Origin: Cerasibacillus sp.
GTDB lineage: Bacteria > Bacillota > Bacilli > Bacillales > Amphibacillaceae
Length of the DNA stretch: 64,000 nucleotides
Direction of reading: 5' to 3'
NCBI RefSeq assembly: GCF_036516575.1
Contig: NZ_DATBTY010000018.1
Coordinates: 3,882-67,881, forward strand
This document shows, piece after piece, positions 30,917 through 40,496 of the stretch; the stretch's first letter is position 1; every line of letters starts with the position of its first letter. The position numbers and the translations under genes are program-made. Under the pieces are notes generated by a model. It saw only the letters and a program-made list of their open reading frames with translations. It was not told the DNA's origin and did no database searches.

Positions 30917-32362
30917 TTAAATCACCATTAAATCCATAAATTCATTGACATCTGTTTCCATTAACTTATCATGATTATTTAGCACATCAAAAATCTGCTT
31001 CGCTTGTTTTTCAGGGAAACGCGTTTGCACATTTTCAATAAACTTTTCAATTAATAATGGAATCCCTTCATCTCTTCTCCGGCGATGACCGACCGGATAC
31101 TCTCTTTCTACTAATTCTGTTGTTGTCCCATCCGTAAAGAAGACTTGCACAGCATTTGCAATCGAACGTTTTTCAGGGTCTAAGTAATCTTTACTATATG
31201 TTTTATTTTCGACAACTTCCATTTTATCGCGTAATTCATCGATGACAGGATTCTTTGCAAAGTCATCTTCATAACTATCAGCTGTCACATCACCAAACAA
31301 CAAGCCGACCGCTGTAATATATTGTAAGCAGTGATCGCGGTCTGCTGGGTTATAAAGTGGTCCCTTTTTATCAATGATACGAATAGCAGATTCATGAGTT
31401 ACAATTTTGACTTTATCAATTTGATCGATACGGTCTTTCACCACTTCATGTAAATCAATCGCACATTCTAAAGCTGTTTGGGCATGGAATTCTGCTGGAT
31501 AGGAAATCTTGAATAAGACATTTTCCATCACATAAGCATCTAAATCCATCGCTAGTGTAATTTCCTTTCCATTCATGACAACATCTTCAAAGCCCCAGTC
31601 CTTTGCTGTTAGTGAAGTCTTATAGCCCATCTCACCTTTTAATGTTTTAAAAGCAAGTCGAACGGCACGCGCTGTTGCATCACCAGCTGCCCAAGATTTT
31701 CTTGAACCTGTATTTGGTTCATGACGATACGTCCGTAAAGCGCCTGTATCAATCCACGCATTAGATAGGCAATCAACAATTTCTTCTTTTGTGCCACCGA
31801 GTAAATGCGTCACAACAGCAGCTGAAGCAATTTTGACAAACATGACATGGTCGAATCCAACTCGGTTGAGACTATTGTCTAACGCAAGGACACCTTGAAC
31901 TTCATATGCTTTAATCGCTGCTTCTAACACATCTTTCATCTTTAATGGTTCTTTTCCTTCACTAACACGTTTACGGCTCATATAGTCGGCTACTGCTAAA
32001 ATGCCACCGAAGTTATCAGATGGATGTCCCCACTCTGCCGCTAACCATGTATCATTATAATCAAGCCAACGAATGAGCGTCCCAATATCAAATGCCCCTT
32101 CAATCGGATCTAAGTAAAATGATGTCCCAGGAACTCGCGAGCCAACTGGTACCGTTGTTCCAGGTACGACGGGTCCTAAATGTTTCGTACATTCTGGATA
32201 ACGTAACGCTAGAAACGCCACACCTAAACTATCCATCAACGCATAGCGTGCCGTTTCAAAAGCGAGGTCACTCGTAATCTCCTTATTAACGACATAATCA
32301 GCAATCGCTTCCAACACGTGGTCGGTTACTTGTGTTGTTTTCTCTTCAACTTTCTCCATCAT
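30917..32362 (-). CDS. prpD: 2-methylcitrate dehydratase
   Basis: [29 protein letters not shown] and [14 protein letters not shown] motifs. Confidence 0.95.
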   Translation of the reverse strand: MMEKVEEKTTQVTDHVLEAIADYVVNKEITSDLAFETARYALMDSLGVAFLALRYPECTKHLGPVVPGTTVPVGSRVPGTSFYLDPIEGAFDIGTLIRWLDYNDTWLAAEWGHPSDNFGGILAVADYMSRKRVSEGKEPLKMKDVLEAAIKAYEVQGVLALDNSLNRVGFDHVMFVKIASAAVVTHLLGGTKEEIVDCLSNAWIDTGALRTYRHEPNTGSRKSWAAGDATARAVRLAFKTLKGEMGYKTSLTAKDWGFEDVVMNGKEITLAMDLDAYVMENVLFKISYPAEFHAQTALECAIDLHEVVKDRIDQIDKVKIVTHESAIRIIDKKGPLYNPADRDHCLQYITAVGLLFGDVTADSYEDDFAKNPVIDELRDKMEVVENKTYSKDYLDPEKRSIANAVQVFFTDGTTTELVEREYPVGHRRRRDEGIPLLIEKFIENVQTRFPEKQAKQIFDVLNNHDKLMETDVNEFMDLMVI

Positions 32363-32393
32363 AACCCCTCCGTTAAAATAATTTTCAGTTTAC

Positions 32394-32431
32394 TTATGTA
32401 TAATTGTATACAAATATACATAAGTTGTCAA
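32394..32431 (-). promoter_or_regulatory. prpD SigA promoter overlapped by a 30-bp palindromic GntR-type operator
   Basis: Minus strand TTGACA (32431-32426)-N17-TACAAT (32408-32403); palindrome TTATGTATA-A-TTGTATACAA-A-TATACATAA at 32394-32423. Confidence 0.75.
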
Positions 32432-32569
32432 CGTATTTTGTTTAACTCAAAAAGATGATTATATAAACTATAACTGAAAGATGAGGAAAAAATACCAAGT
32501 TCAAATGGTTGTCAAAGACCCCATTGATAATAAGTTTTGTGATAAAAGGTTGAATACGTATATGAGTCC

Positions 32570-32668
32570 AGGTTGCGCGATTTTTCCCCGGGGTCGCGCG
32601 ATTTGGACTGGAGTCGCGTGATTTCACCCTGAGGTCGCGCGATTCTACCCCAGGTTGCGTGATTTTTG
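32570..32668. repeat. 20/21-bp tandem array (5 units)
   Basis: GCGYGATT at 32575, 32596, 32616, 32637 and 32657. Confidence 0.88.
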
Positions 32669-32739
32669 TATAAGTACATAAAAAAGAGCTGTCTAAAAGT
32701 CAAAAATGACTATTAAATAGCTCCTACTCTTCATTATTA

Positions 32740-34077
32740 TTATGGTGAAAAAATATAAGGACGCACCAAGACAAATAAGCCAATTGCAACAAACGCTTCT
32801 GTAACAGGTAAAGCTAACCAAATACCATAGACGTCAAAATAATATGGCAAAACAAGCAGCATCGCAATTAATATCACAAAACCGCGGCATAATGTAATAA
32901 TGATTGAAGGTCGCGCTTGACCAATCGCTTGGAAATACGTCATATATACGAAGTTAATACCCATAAATAAATATCCGATAAAAAACAATTTAATGCCACT
33001 TGTTGCTAGGCGGGTAATTTCATCAGATGATACACCAAAGATACGGACAAAAAAGTCAGCTCCTAGCCAACCAGCAATGAAAAAAACAAACCCAAGAATA
33101 ATCGCCGTCAATTCGGCTACTTTAATCGTTTCCTTAATCATGTCATGCTTTTTTGCTCCGTAGTAATAGCTGATTAATGGTTGAACAGATGAACCTATCC
33201 CAATAAACGCTAAGAACATAAACGTATGTAAATAATTAATCACAGAAAAAGCAGCTAGCCCATTCGTCCCAACATAATAAGACATCGCTAAATTATAACC
33301 AATAACAAAAACACCGACTCCAACTTCGGATAGGAAGCTTGGAAACCCTATTGCACTTATTTTCTTTAGCAAACTTTTATCCCATGAAATACGTACAAAT
33401 CTTAAACCGGACCCTTTTCTAAAAAACTGCATCATTAATACTATTAGTCCAATTGCAGTTGCGATAACCGTCGCAAGAGCTGCACCTTTTACTTCCATTT
33501 TCAAAATAAATATCATCCAATAGTTTAAACCGACATTTAACAGTGCCGATACAATGAGCGCCATCATAGCTAATCGGGGGCCACCGTCATTTCGCACAAA
33601 AATACTTAATGCCGTTTCCCACGTTATAATTAACGAAAATAAAAGCAATATTCCCATATAGTCTAAAACATAGCTCAATGTTTCATCATTAGCACCAAAA
33701 AAGTAAGCAATCGACTCCATATTAAAATAACTTAAACCACTCACAACACATGTTGAAACTGTGACAAACACAGTCGCTAGAGTAAAAATAAATCTCGCTT
33801 GATTGTATTTACCTTCCCCCATCGCAATCGAATAAAGCGTCCCGCCACCAACGCCAATCAACAAAGCAATCGAGATTATAATAGAAAAGACAGGTACTGC
33901 TACATTTACACTCGCTAAAGCTACTGACCCAATTCCATTTCCGACAAATATACCATCTATTACAATATTGACAGACATCAACATCATACCGAATAAAGTT
34001 GGTAAAAAATATTGAAAGAAACTTTTTATGACTGGTTGTGTCGCTAATTTCTCATGTAATGAAGACAACGACTTCAC
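32740..34077 (-). CDS. MATE family efflux transporter
   Basis: NIVIDGIFVG, FVRNDGGP, GVKGAA-like and AAFSVI motifs; 12-TM pattern; TTG at 34068 is an alternative start. Confidence 0.92.
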   Translation of the reverse strand: MKSLSSLHEKLATQPVIKSFFQYFLPTLFGMMLMSVNIVIDGIFVGNGIGSVALASVNVAVPVFSIIISIALLIGVGGGTLYSIAMGEGKYNQARFIFTLATVFVTVSTCVVSGLSYFNMESIAYFFGANDETLSYVLDYMGILLLFSLIITWETALSIFVRNDGGPRLAMMALIVSALLNVGLNYWMIFILKMEVKGAALATVIATAIGLIVLMMQFFRKGSGLRFVRISWDKSLLKKISAIGFPSFLSEVGVGVFVIGYNLAMSYYVGTNGLAAFSVINYLHTFMFLAFIGIGSSVQPLISYYYGAKKHDMIKETIKVAELTAIILGFVFFIAGWLGADFFVRIFGVSSDEITRLATSGIKLFFIGYLFMGINFVYMTYFQAIGQARPSIIITLCRGFVILIAMLLVLPYYFDVYGIWLALPVTEAFVAIGLFVLVRPYIFSP

Positions 34078-34371
34078 TCCGTTTCACTAAGCTACTCACC
34101 ACTTAATCAATGGCAGAGGTGGGAGACTTTTGACTATTATTGTAATAAACTTCTAATCTCATTTTAAAATGGGAGCAAAGAAAAGTCCAAAAAGGTCCCC
34201 CTATTTAAATTAGGAGGACCGATTATATCACAATTATTCCTCTTCAATTCCATAAAACTTCCACAATAGAAATGTAAACAATGATACAGAGAAAATCATT
34301 CCCGATAGCCAGATTGTTAACATGGAATTAATCCACATAAAAACCCCTCCCCTCCTATTAATGAATTGGTA

Positions 34372-35832
34372 TTATGCCTCGACTGGACGTTTGAAAATAT
34401 TAGCTAGTACAAACATAGAAATAATTCCAATTAATGTCGCCCAACCACCTGCGGCCAATGGACTTGATTCAATACCAGTAAAGACAATGATTAAATATGC
34501 TGTCATCCCAATAATCATCGACCCTTCTGCAGCACGTGGTGATGCCTTCTTTTTACCAAAAACAGCATACATAATCGGACCTAATGTTCCTGCTGAAACG
34601 CCTGAAATACCGACCCACATAAGATCTGCTAAAAACGATGGTGGGTTGAGAACGAGTAAAGCAGCTACAACCCCTACACCTAAGACAGCGATTCGGCTAA
34701 TTTTCAATGCAATTTTATCCACATTTTCTTCTTTCACTTTTATAATGTTACGTTTTACAAGCACTTTTTTGAAAATATCATTTGCAAATACCGTAGACAT
34801 AACAACAAATAAACCGTCTGTCGTTGATAAAGCCGCTGCTAAAATAACGACAGCGACAAATGCTGCCAAAAATGCAGGAAAACCCCATGCGACATATTCT
34901 AATAATGCCAAATCAGCCGCTTCTAAACCAGGAACAGCTACACGTGCATACAATCCACCAAATAAAACGAATAAACACATAGCCGCTGCAACGATATAAA
35001 CGATAATCATCTTTCTAAGATCACGACGTCTTTTTAAAGATAATACTTTATTAAATAATTGTGGTTGTGCTGAAAAAGAAAACTGGATAATTAATAAGCC
35101 GATAACTGCTGAAAAAGCATAATAGTTTGAATCCGGATTGAATACTTCTAAAAGTTTTCCATCTTGTTGTGCTAGATTATCAGAGACATTCTTTAGTGTT
35201 GATGTAATACTTCCATCACCAAAGAAAATGATCCCTGAAACAAATACAATCAGCCCGGTAACAGCCATCATCACCGCTTGTACAGCATCTGTATACACAT
35301 CTGCATAAGATCCACCGACATACACATATCCAACAACAATAACAGCAATTGCAATCAAACCTGTTAAATAATTGACTCCGAGCATATTTTGAAAGATTTG
35401 TGCCCCAGCTGAAAATTGAGCGGCGATATAAAACAAATTAAATAACATAATTAACCCCGAACCAACACGTAAAAAATCACTATTATAATAGTCTCCTAGC
35501 CAATCCGGTAAAGACAAGGAATTTTGAAAATCATTTTGTTTATGCACCGTTTTTGCAATCGTAATAAATCCAAGTGGTGCAGAAATGAAGATTGCTAGAT
35601 ATAGCCAAAGATTACTAAACCCCCAGGCATAAGAATAACCCGGATATCCCATAAATGTTGCTGCGCTAAATAAAGTTGCTGCAAGTGATAACCCCAGTAC
35701 ATAAGGGCCTAGACTTGCCCCACTGATTGCAAAATCCTCCATTGTTTTCGTTTTTCTAGCGGCATAGATACTTACACCGACCATTATTAACATAAATAGT
35801 GTAAATTGAATCCATAACCATGTGCTAACCAC
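34372..35832 (-). CDS. Sodium:solute symporter (SSS) family protein
   Basis: ATLFSAATFMGYPG, GGSYADVYTDAVQ and AAALSTTD motifs. Confidence 0.88.
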   Translation of the reverse strand: MVSTWLWIQFTLFMLIMVGVSIYAARKTKTMEDFAISGASLGPYVLGLSLAATLFSAATFMGYPGYSYAWGFSNLWLYLAIFISAPLGFITIAKTVHKQNDFQNSLSLPDWLGDYYNSDFLRVGSGLIMLFNLFYIAAQFSAGAQIFQNMLGVNYLTGLIAIAVIVVGYVYVGGSYADVYTDAVQAVMMAVTGLIVFVSGIIFFGDGSITSTLKNVSDNLAQQDGKLLEVFNPDSNYYAFSAVIGLLIIQFSFSAQPQLFNKVLSLKRRRDLRKMIIVYIVAAAMCLFVLFGGLYARVAVPGLEAADLALLEYVAWGFPAFLAAFVAVVILAAALSTTDGLFVVMSTVFANDIFKKVLVKRNIIKVKEENVDKIALKISRIAVLGVGVVAALLVLNPPSFLADLMWVGISGVSAGTLGPIMYAVFGKKKASPRAAEGSMIIGMTAYLIIVFTGIESSPLAAGGWATLIGIISMFVLANIFKRPVEA

Positions 35833-36222
35833 GATATCATCTCCTTTTTTTACTTGTATTAGCTCCCATTTACATTTAATTATCTTTTATATTTGCGCAT
35901 AAAAAAAACGCTCCACATCTAACAAAATGAGAAACGTTTGTATACTCGATATTCAAATGAAAGCACCATCTTGTAAATGGACATTTTTTATAATACTATA
36001 TGTTGATTTTTATTGCAACTAGATTTATTATTTTTTACAAATAATTATCATATCGTTCATAATTGAATTCGATAACAGGCACCTTAGTATTTTGAGAGTA
36101 CATCGCATTGGGAATACAACGCGACCTAAAGTAGTTAGGAAATTCTAAAGCACACCGCCTTGAGACTCTAATGCTGTCTAATGACAAAAGCATGTTCAAA
36201 AGGCTATATAAAAAAGAAAAAG

Positions 36223-36251
36223 TTGACAAATGGAAAAATATAGGATACGAT
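36223..36251 (+). promoter_or_regulatory. SigA promoter for the M-box/mgtE leader
   Basis: TTGACA-N17-TACGAT. Confidence 0.7.
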
Positions 36252-36277
36252 ACTTCACAGTTTGAAAATTTAATAGA

Positions 36278-36434
36278 CACCTTCGTTAGGTGAGACTCCT
36301 ATATAGAGATACGCTACTGCCCAAAAAGGTCGAGAGACTCCAATGGGTCAACAAGAATCATCGAGATAAGGTGATTTTTAATGTAGCTGGAATGATTCCT
36401 ATGCTATATAGTGTTAAAACTAAACGAATGGAGG
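36278..36434 (+). ncRNA. M-box (ykoK) Mg2+ riboswitch
   Basis: CTTCGTTAGGTGAG...CTGCCCAAAAA...CCAATGGGTCAACA...ATCATCGAGATAAGGTGATTTTTAATG closely follows the B. subtilis M-box; lies upstream of mgtE. Confidence 0.95.
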
Positions 36435-36486
36435 AAATCGAGTGGCTATTTATGATAAATAACCATTTCGTTTATTTGTGTATGGT

Positions 36487-36516
36487 AAACACCTTCATTC
36501 GTTGAAGGTGTTTTTT
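36487..36516 (+). terminator. M-box expression-platform terminator
   Basis: AAACACCTTCA...TGAAGGTGTTTTTT. Confidence 0.85.
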
Positions 36517-36654
36517 AATTTTTGGAGGGAGGTGATGGAATGGATGGTCATAGGTACGCGGATGCAGATGATGATTGGCGAATACGAAAAAACATAATAT
36601 TGTTGTCCACTTCCATCACCGAAGTGGTCAAACAGAAAAAGGAGACCACTAGAA

Positions 36655-37635
36655 ATGAGAACAGATGTATTTATAAAAGATAGTGTCGGACACTTAATGA
36701 CACAAGCATTTATTACATTACATGAATCTTTTACTGTAGACCAAGCGATTACACATGTTAGGAAGTATGTACGTGATAAGGAAAATATTCATTATCTCTA
36801 TATCACAATGCATGACAACACATTAACAGGTGTTTTGTCGCTTCGTGAATTGCTAGCTGCTCATGGCGGGGCTGAATTACGCGACATTATGAAAACCGAA
36901 CTTTATACTTTGCCTGCTCATTTAGATCAAGAAATAGCAGCTGAACATTTCCAAGATACCGATTTAGTATCTATGCCAGTAATTAATCAAAAGGAGCAAC
37001 TGCTCGGCGTTGTCCATGTTGAAGATATGCTCGATGTCATAGAAGAAGAAGTAACTGAGGATTTTCAAAAAATGGCACCGGTATCTGCCTTAGAAGAAGG
37101 AATAAAAGATGCGAGTGTTTTTACACTCTACCGTAAACGAATCGGTTGGCTCGTTATTCTCGTCTTTATGAATGTTTTCTCTGGGGCTGGGATAGCACAT
37201 TTTGAAGATGTCATCGAGTCAAATATTGCACTTGTCTTCTTCTTACCTTTACTAGTTGATAGTGGCGGTAATGCTGGATCACAGTCCGCTACATTAATGA
37301 TTCGTGCTATGGCGACTGGAGATGTTACTGTTCGCGACTGGGTAAAAATGTTTACGAAAGAAATTTCCGTTGCTATTGCTTTAGGAGGAACAATGGCTTT
37401 AGCTGTTGCTACTGTTGGCTTATTTAGAGGCGGACCAGAGATTGCTCTTGTCGTTGCATTGACAATGGTTCTTATCGTTATCGTTGGGAGTTTAATCGGG
37501 ATGAGCTTACCGTTTATTTTTAAAAAGTTTAACCTTGATCCCGCAACAGCCAGTGCACCACTTATTACATCTATCGCTGACATTGTAGGTGTACTCATTT
37601 ACTTCTCAATCGCTGCTTGGTTATTAACGCTATAA
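36655..37635 (+). CDS. mgtE: Magnesium transporter MgtE (CBS pair plus TM domain, no N-domain)
   Basis: SGGNAGSQSATL and DPATASAPLITSIADIVG motifs; M-box upstream. Confidence 0.93.
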   Translation: MRTDVFIKDSVGHLMTQAFITLHESFTVDQAITHVRKYVRDKENIHYLYITMHDNTLTGVLSLRELLAAHGGAELRDIMKTELYTLPAHLDQEIAAEHFQDTDLVSMPVINQKEQLLGVVHVEDMLDVIEEEVTEDFQKMAPVSALEEGIKDASVFTLYRKRIGWLVILVFMNVFSGAGIAHFEDVIESNIALVFFLPLLVDSGGNAGSQSATLMIRAMATGDVTVRDWVKMFTKEISVAIALGGTMALAVATVGLFRGGPEIALVVALTMVLIVIVGSLIGMSLPFIFKKFNLDPATASAPLITSIADIVGVLIYFSIAAWLLTL

Positions 37636-37689
37636 TTTTTCAAAAAACTGCCCCCGCTCTAACTTGCAGGGGGCAAAGGAGGGATTGTA

Positions 37690-38043
37690 ATGGCATACAT
37701 TCGAATGGAAAAACAACCATTAATCGCCTTTTTTGAAAATATAACTGTTAACGATGCGATGTTACTCATACATGAATATGCTAAATTAGACTATCCACTA
37801 TATCCATTGTTTTTAACTGATCGACAAGGTCGTTTAGCTGGCATGATTACTTTAAACAGTATTTTAGCAGCTGCTGATGTGATGCGTTTATATGAATTAA
37901 AGGAAGAGGAATGTATTGCAGTCTATGCCCATACGAAAGAAGCGGATGCCGAGAAATTATTTCAAGCGGCTTCTGTTAATTTCCTTCCAGTGGTTACGGA
38001 AGAACGCCATTTAATCGGAGTCATTCATCAAGGGTCGTGTTAA
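37690..38043 (+). CDS. Stand-alone CBS-pair protein similar to the MgtE CBS region
   Basis: LFLTDRQGRLAGMITLNSIL and FLPVVTEERHLIGVI; good RBS. Confidence 0.7.
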   Translation: MAYIRMEKQPLIAFFENITVNDAMLLIHEYAKLDYPLYPLFLTDRQGRLAGMITLNSILAAADVMRLYELKEEECIAVYAHTKEADAEKLFQAASVNFLPVVTEERHLIGVIHQGSC

Positions 38044-38203
38044 ATACGAAAACCATATGTCAAACAAGGAAATCGTTCATTCCTTCATCTACAAATGACA
38101 AACTTTGTAGGCATCTCCTAGATAAATTTTTATCATCATATGGAATGTTTTGTTATAATGGGACATGTACGTTTTACACCTTAACAAGAGATGGAGGATT
38201 AGC

Positions 38204-39313
38204 ATGATGCAAATGAATTTCCAAGGACGACTCGATACGTTAAACAATTATTTACAAGAAGAAGAAATAGATCTCGCACTTATCACAACCCCATCGAATG
38301 TATTTTATTATACGGGCTTTCAGTGTGAACCACATGAACGATTTTTGGCATTAGTCATTGACCGCCGCCAAAATAAGACATGTCTTTTTGTTCCTGCTCT
38401 TGATAAAGATATGGCAATGGAACAATCTTATATCCAAGACATTATTGGTATTTCTGATGAACAAAGTCCTTTCGATGTATTAAAAGAAAATTTAACAACT
38501 GATGTTACTTCAATAGGCATTGAAATGAAAACGATGAATGTCTTCCAATATGAACATTTACAAGACATTTTCTCTAAAGCTTCATTTACTGATGTTGGAC
38601 CGCAAGTCAATAGCCAACGCTTAATCAAATCACGTGCAGAAATTGATCTGATGGTAGAAGCTGTTGACATTATTGAAAAAGTAATGGCTGAAGGAATTAA
38701 ACACTTAAAACTCGGAATGACGGAAGCTGAATTTGTAGCTGAACTCGAATATTTAATGCGTAAATTCGGTGCCGATGGGCCATCATTCTCCACCATTGCA
38801 CTCTTTGGTGAAAAATCAGCCTTACCACATGGGTCACCTGGTGACCGTAAACTTCAGAATGGTGACTTTGTCTTAATCGATATGGGTGTCGTCAAAAATG
38901 GCTACTGCTCAGATACGACACGTACATTTATTTTTGGTGAAGCAAGCGAAAAACAGAAAGAAATTTACAATATCGTTCTTGAAGCAACAAATAAAGGAAT
39001 TGAAGCGGTTAAAGCAGGCATTCCACTAAAAACATTTGATATTGCCTCACGTGATGTCATTAAATCATATGGTTACGATGAATATTTCAATAACCGGGTC
39101 GGTCATGGACTAGGGATCGATGTCCATGAAGAACCTTCCATTCATGAAAAAAATGAAGACATCGCACGTGAAGGATATGTTTTCACCATTGAACCAGGAA
39201 TTTACATCCCAGGGTTTGGTGGCGTAAGAATTGAAGATGAAGTATATATTAATGAAAAAGGCGAAGTCGAGGTTCTGACATCTTTCCCTAAGGAATTACA
39301 AATTCTTAAATAA
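38204..39313 (+). CDS. Xaa-Pro peptidase, M24 family
   Basis: DMG, YCSDTTRT, HGLGIDVHE and TIEPGIY...GVRIED motifs. Confidence 0.92.
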   Translation: MMQMNFQGRLDTLNNYLQEEEIDLALITTPSNVFYYTGFQCEPHERFLALVIDRRQNKTCLFVPALDKDMAMEQSYIQDIIGISDEQSPFDVLKENLTTDVTSIGIEMKTMNVFQYEHLQDIFSKASFTDVGPQVNSQRLIKSRAEIDLMVEAVDIIEKVMAEGIKHLKLGMTEAEFVAELEYLMRKFGADGPSFSTIALFGEKSALPHGSPGDRKLQNGDFVLIDMGVVKNGYCSDTTRTFIFGEASEKQKEIYNIVLEATNKGIEAVKAGIPLKTFDIASRDVIKSYGYDEYFNNRVGHGLGIDVHEEPSIHEKNEDIAREGYVFTIEPGIYIPGFGGVRIEDEVYINEKGEVEVLTSFPKELQILK

Positions 39314-39498
39314 ACTTGGTGCTTTTAATAAAATAGGGCATCCCTAAGTTGTTTTACTAACTTTGGGATGCCTTTTTTATGGAATCCTATATTTAGTTTG
39401 AGCTCATGAAAACTTTTCATTTTTAAACGATTAAATGTGATCTATTCGATGATTCACGCAACAGATTGGCGCCTATTGAGAATTAAAGCCCTCGCTTT

Positions 39499-40479
39499 TT
39501 ATACTGTCACTGTAATCCCGAACTGCTTTTCTTTCGCTTCACGGTACACACCTTGTGCCAATGCCATGTCGAAATACGCCGCTCCAACCGATTTAAAAAA
39601 CGTAATCTCGTCATCACCTTCTCGGTGGCATGCCTTACCTAACAGTTCTCTCAGTTCACTATAAATCGCAGCAAATGACCAATGACCGTTATTAGCTGCA
39701 TGAATAAACTCTCCAGCTTCTTCCTTAACGCCTTTGATATCATCGACAACAATTTTATCCGATTTTAAGATTGTTTCTTCGTCTACTTCACGCATCGATG
39801 GTAAATACGATCCGACACCATTAATATGCGTGCCTTTTTTCAGTAATTTTCCATCAAACACAGGAGTTAGTGAGCGTGTCGCACAATTAATAATATCAGC
39901 AGCAAGCACAACCTCATCAACGTTATCCACAACCGTTATATTTTGAGTGACACCGAAGCGAAGGAGTTTCTCTTTGAAGCGGTCTGCCTTTTCACGTGTA
40001 CGATTAAACATAATGATTTTCTCGATATCACGAACTTCAAGCACTCCTAAGACTTGTTCAAACGCCATACCACCTGTCCCGATAACACCTAAGACACTCG
40101 AATCTTTGCGGGATAATTTCTTCGTAGCAATCCCACTTAACGCCCCAGTGCGCAACCTCGTTAAATAAGATGCATTCATTAGACAAACATGCTCGCCATT
40201 CCGTGTATCTGTTAATAACAGCACACCTTGTGTCGTCGATTTCCCAACCTTCGTATTCTCTGGAAAAATAGAAACTGTTTTAATCCCTGCCATACGCTCT
40301 TGTTGATCCGAACTTGGCATGTATAGAATCGATGCATATTGCTCTGGATATTCGATCACTGTTCGGTGTGGGTTATCAATTTTTCCTTCATTCATTGAAG
40401 TTAAACCCGCTTCCAAATCTCGAATCGCTTCGGTCATACTATAATGCTTCATAATTTCGTGTTCTGATAAGATAATCAT
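39499..40479 (-). CDS. Ornithine cyclodeaminase / mu-crystallin family protein
   Basis: LTRLRTGA, IGTGGMA, HINGVGS and FFKSVG motifs. Confidence 0.9.
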   Translation of the reverse strand: MIILSEHEIMKHYSMTEAIRDLEAGLTSMNEGKIDNPHRTVIEYPEQYASILYMPSSDQQERMAGIKTVSIFPENTKVGKSTTQGVLLLTDTRNGEHVCLMNASYLTRLRTGALSGIATKKLSRKDSSVLGVIGTGGMAFEQVLGVLEVRDIEKIIMFNRTREKADRFKEKLLRFGVTQNITVVDNVDEVVLAADIINCATRSLTPVFDGKLLKKGTHINGVGSYLPSMREVDEETILKSDKIVVDDIKGVKEEAGEFIHAANNGHWSFAAIYSELRELLGKACHREGDDEITFFKSVGAAYFDMALAQGVYREAKEKQFGITVTV

Positions 40480-40496
40480 GCAAAAACCCTCTCTGT

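Noticed and set aside
36035-36280. 81-aa minus-strand ORF and 71-aa ORF 36290-36505
   Set aside because: They overlap the mgtE promoter and the M-box riboswitch; no protein motifs.
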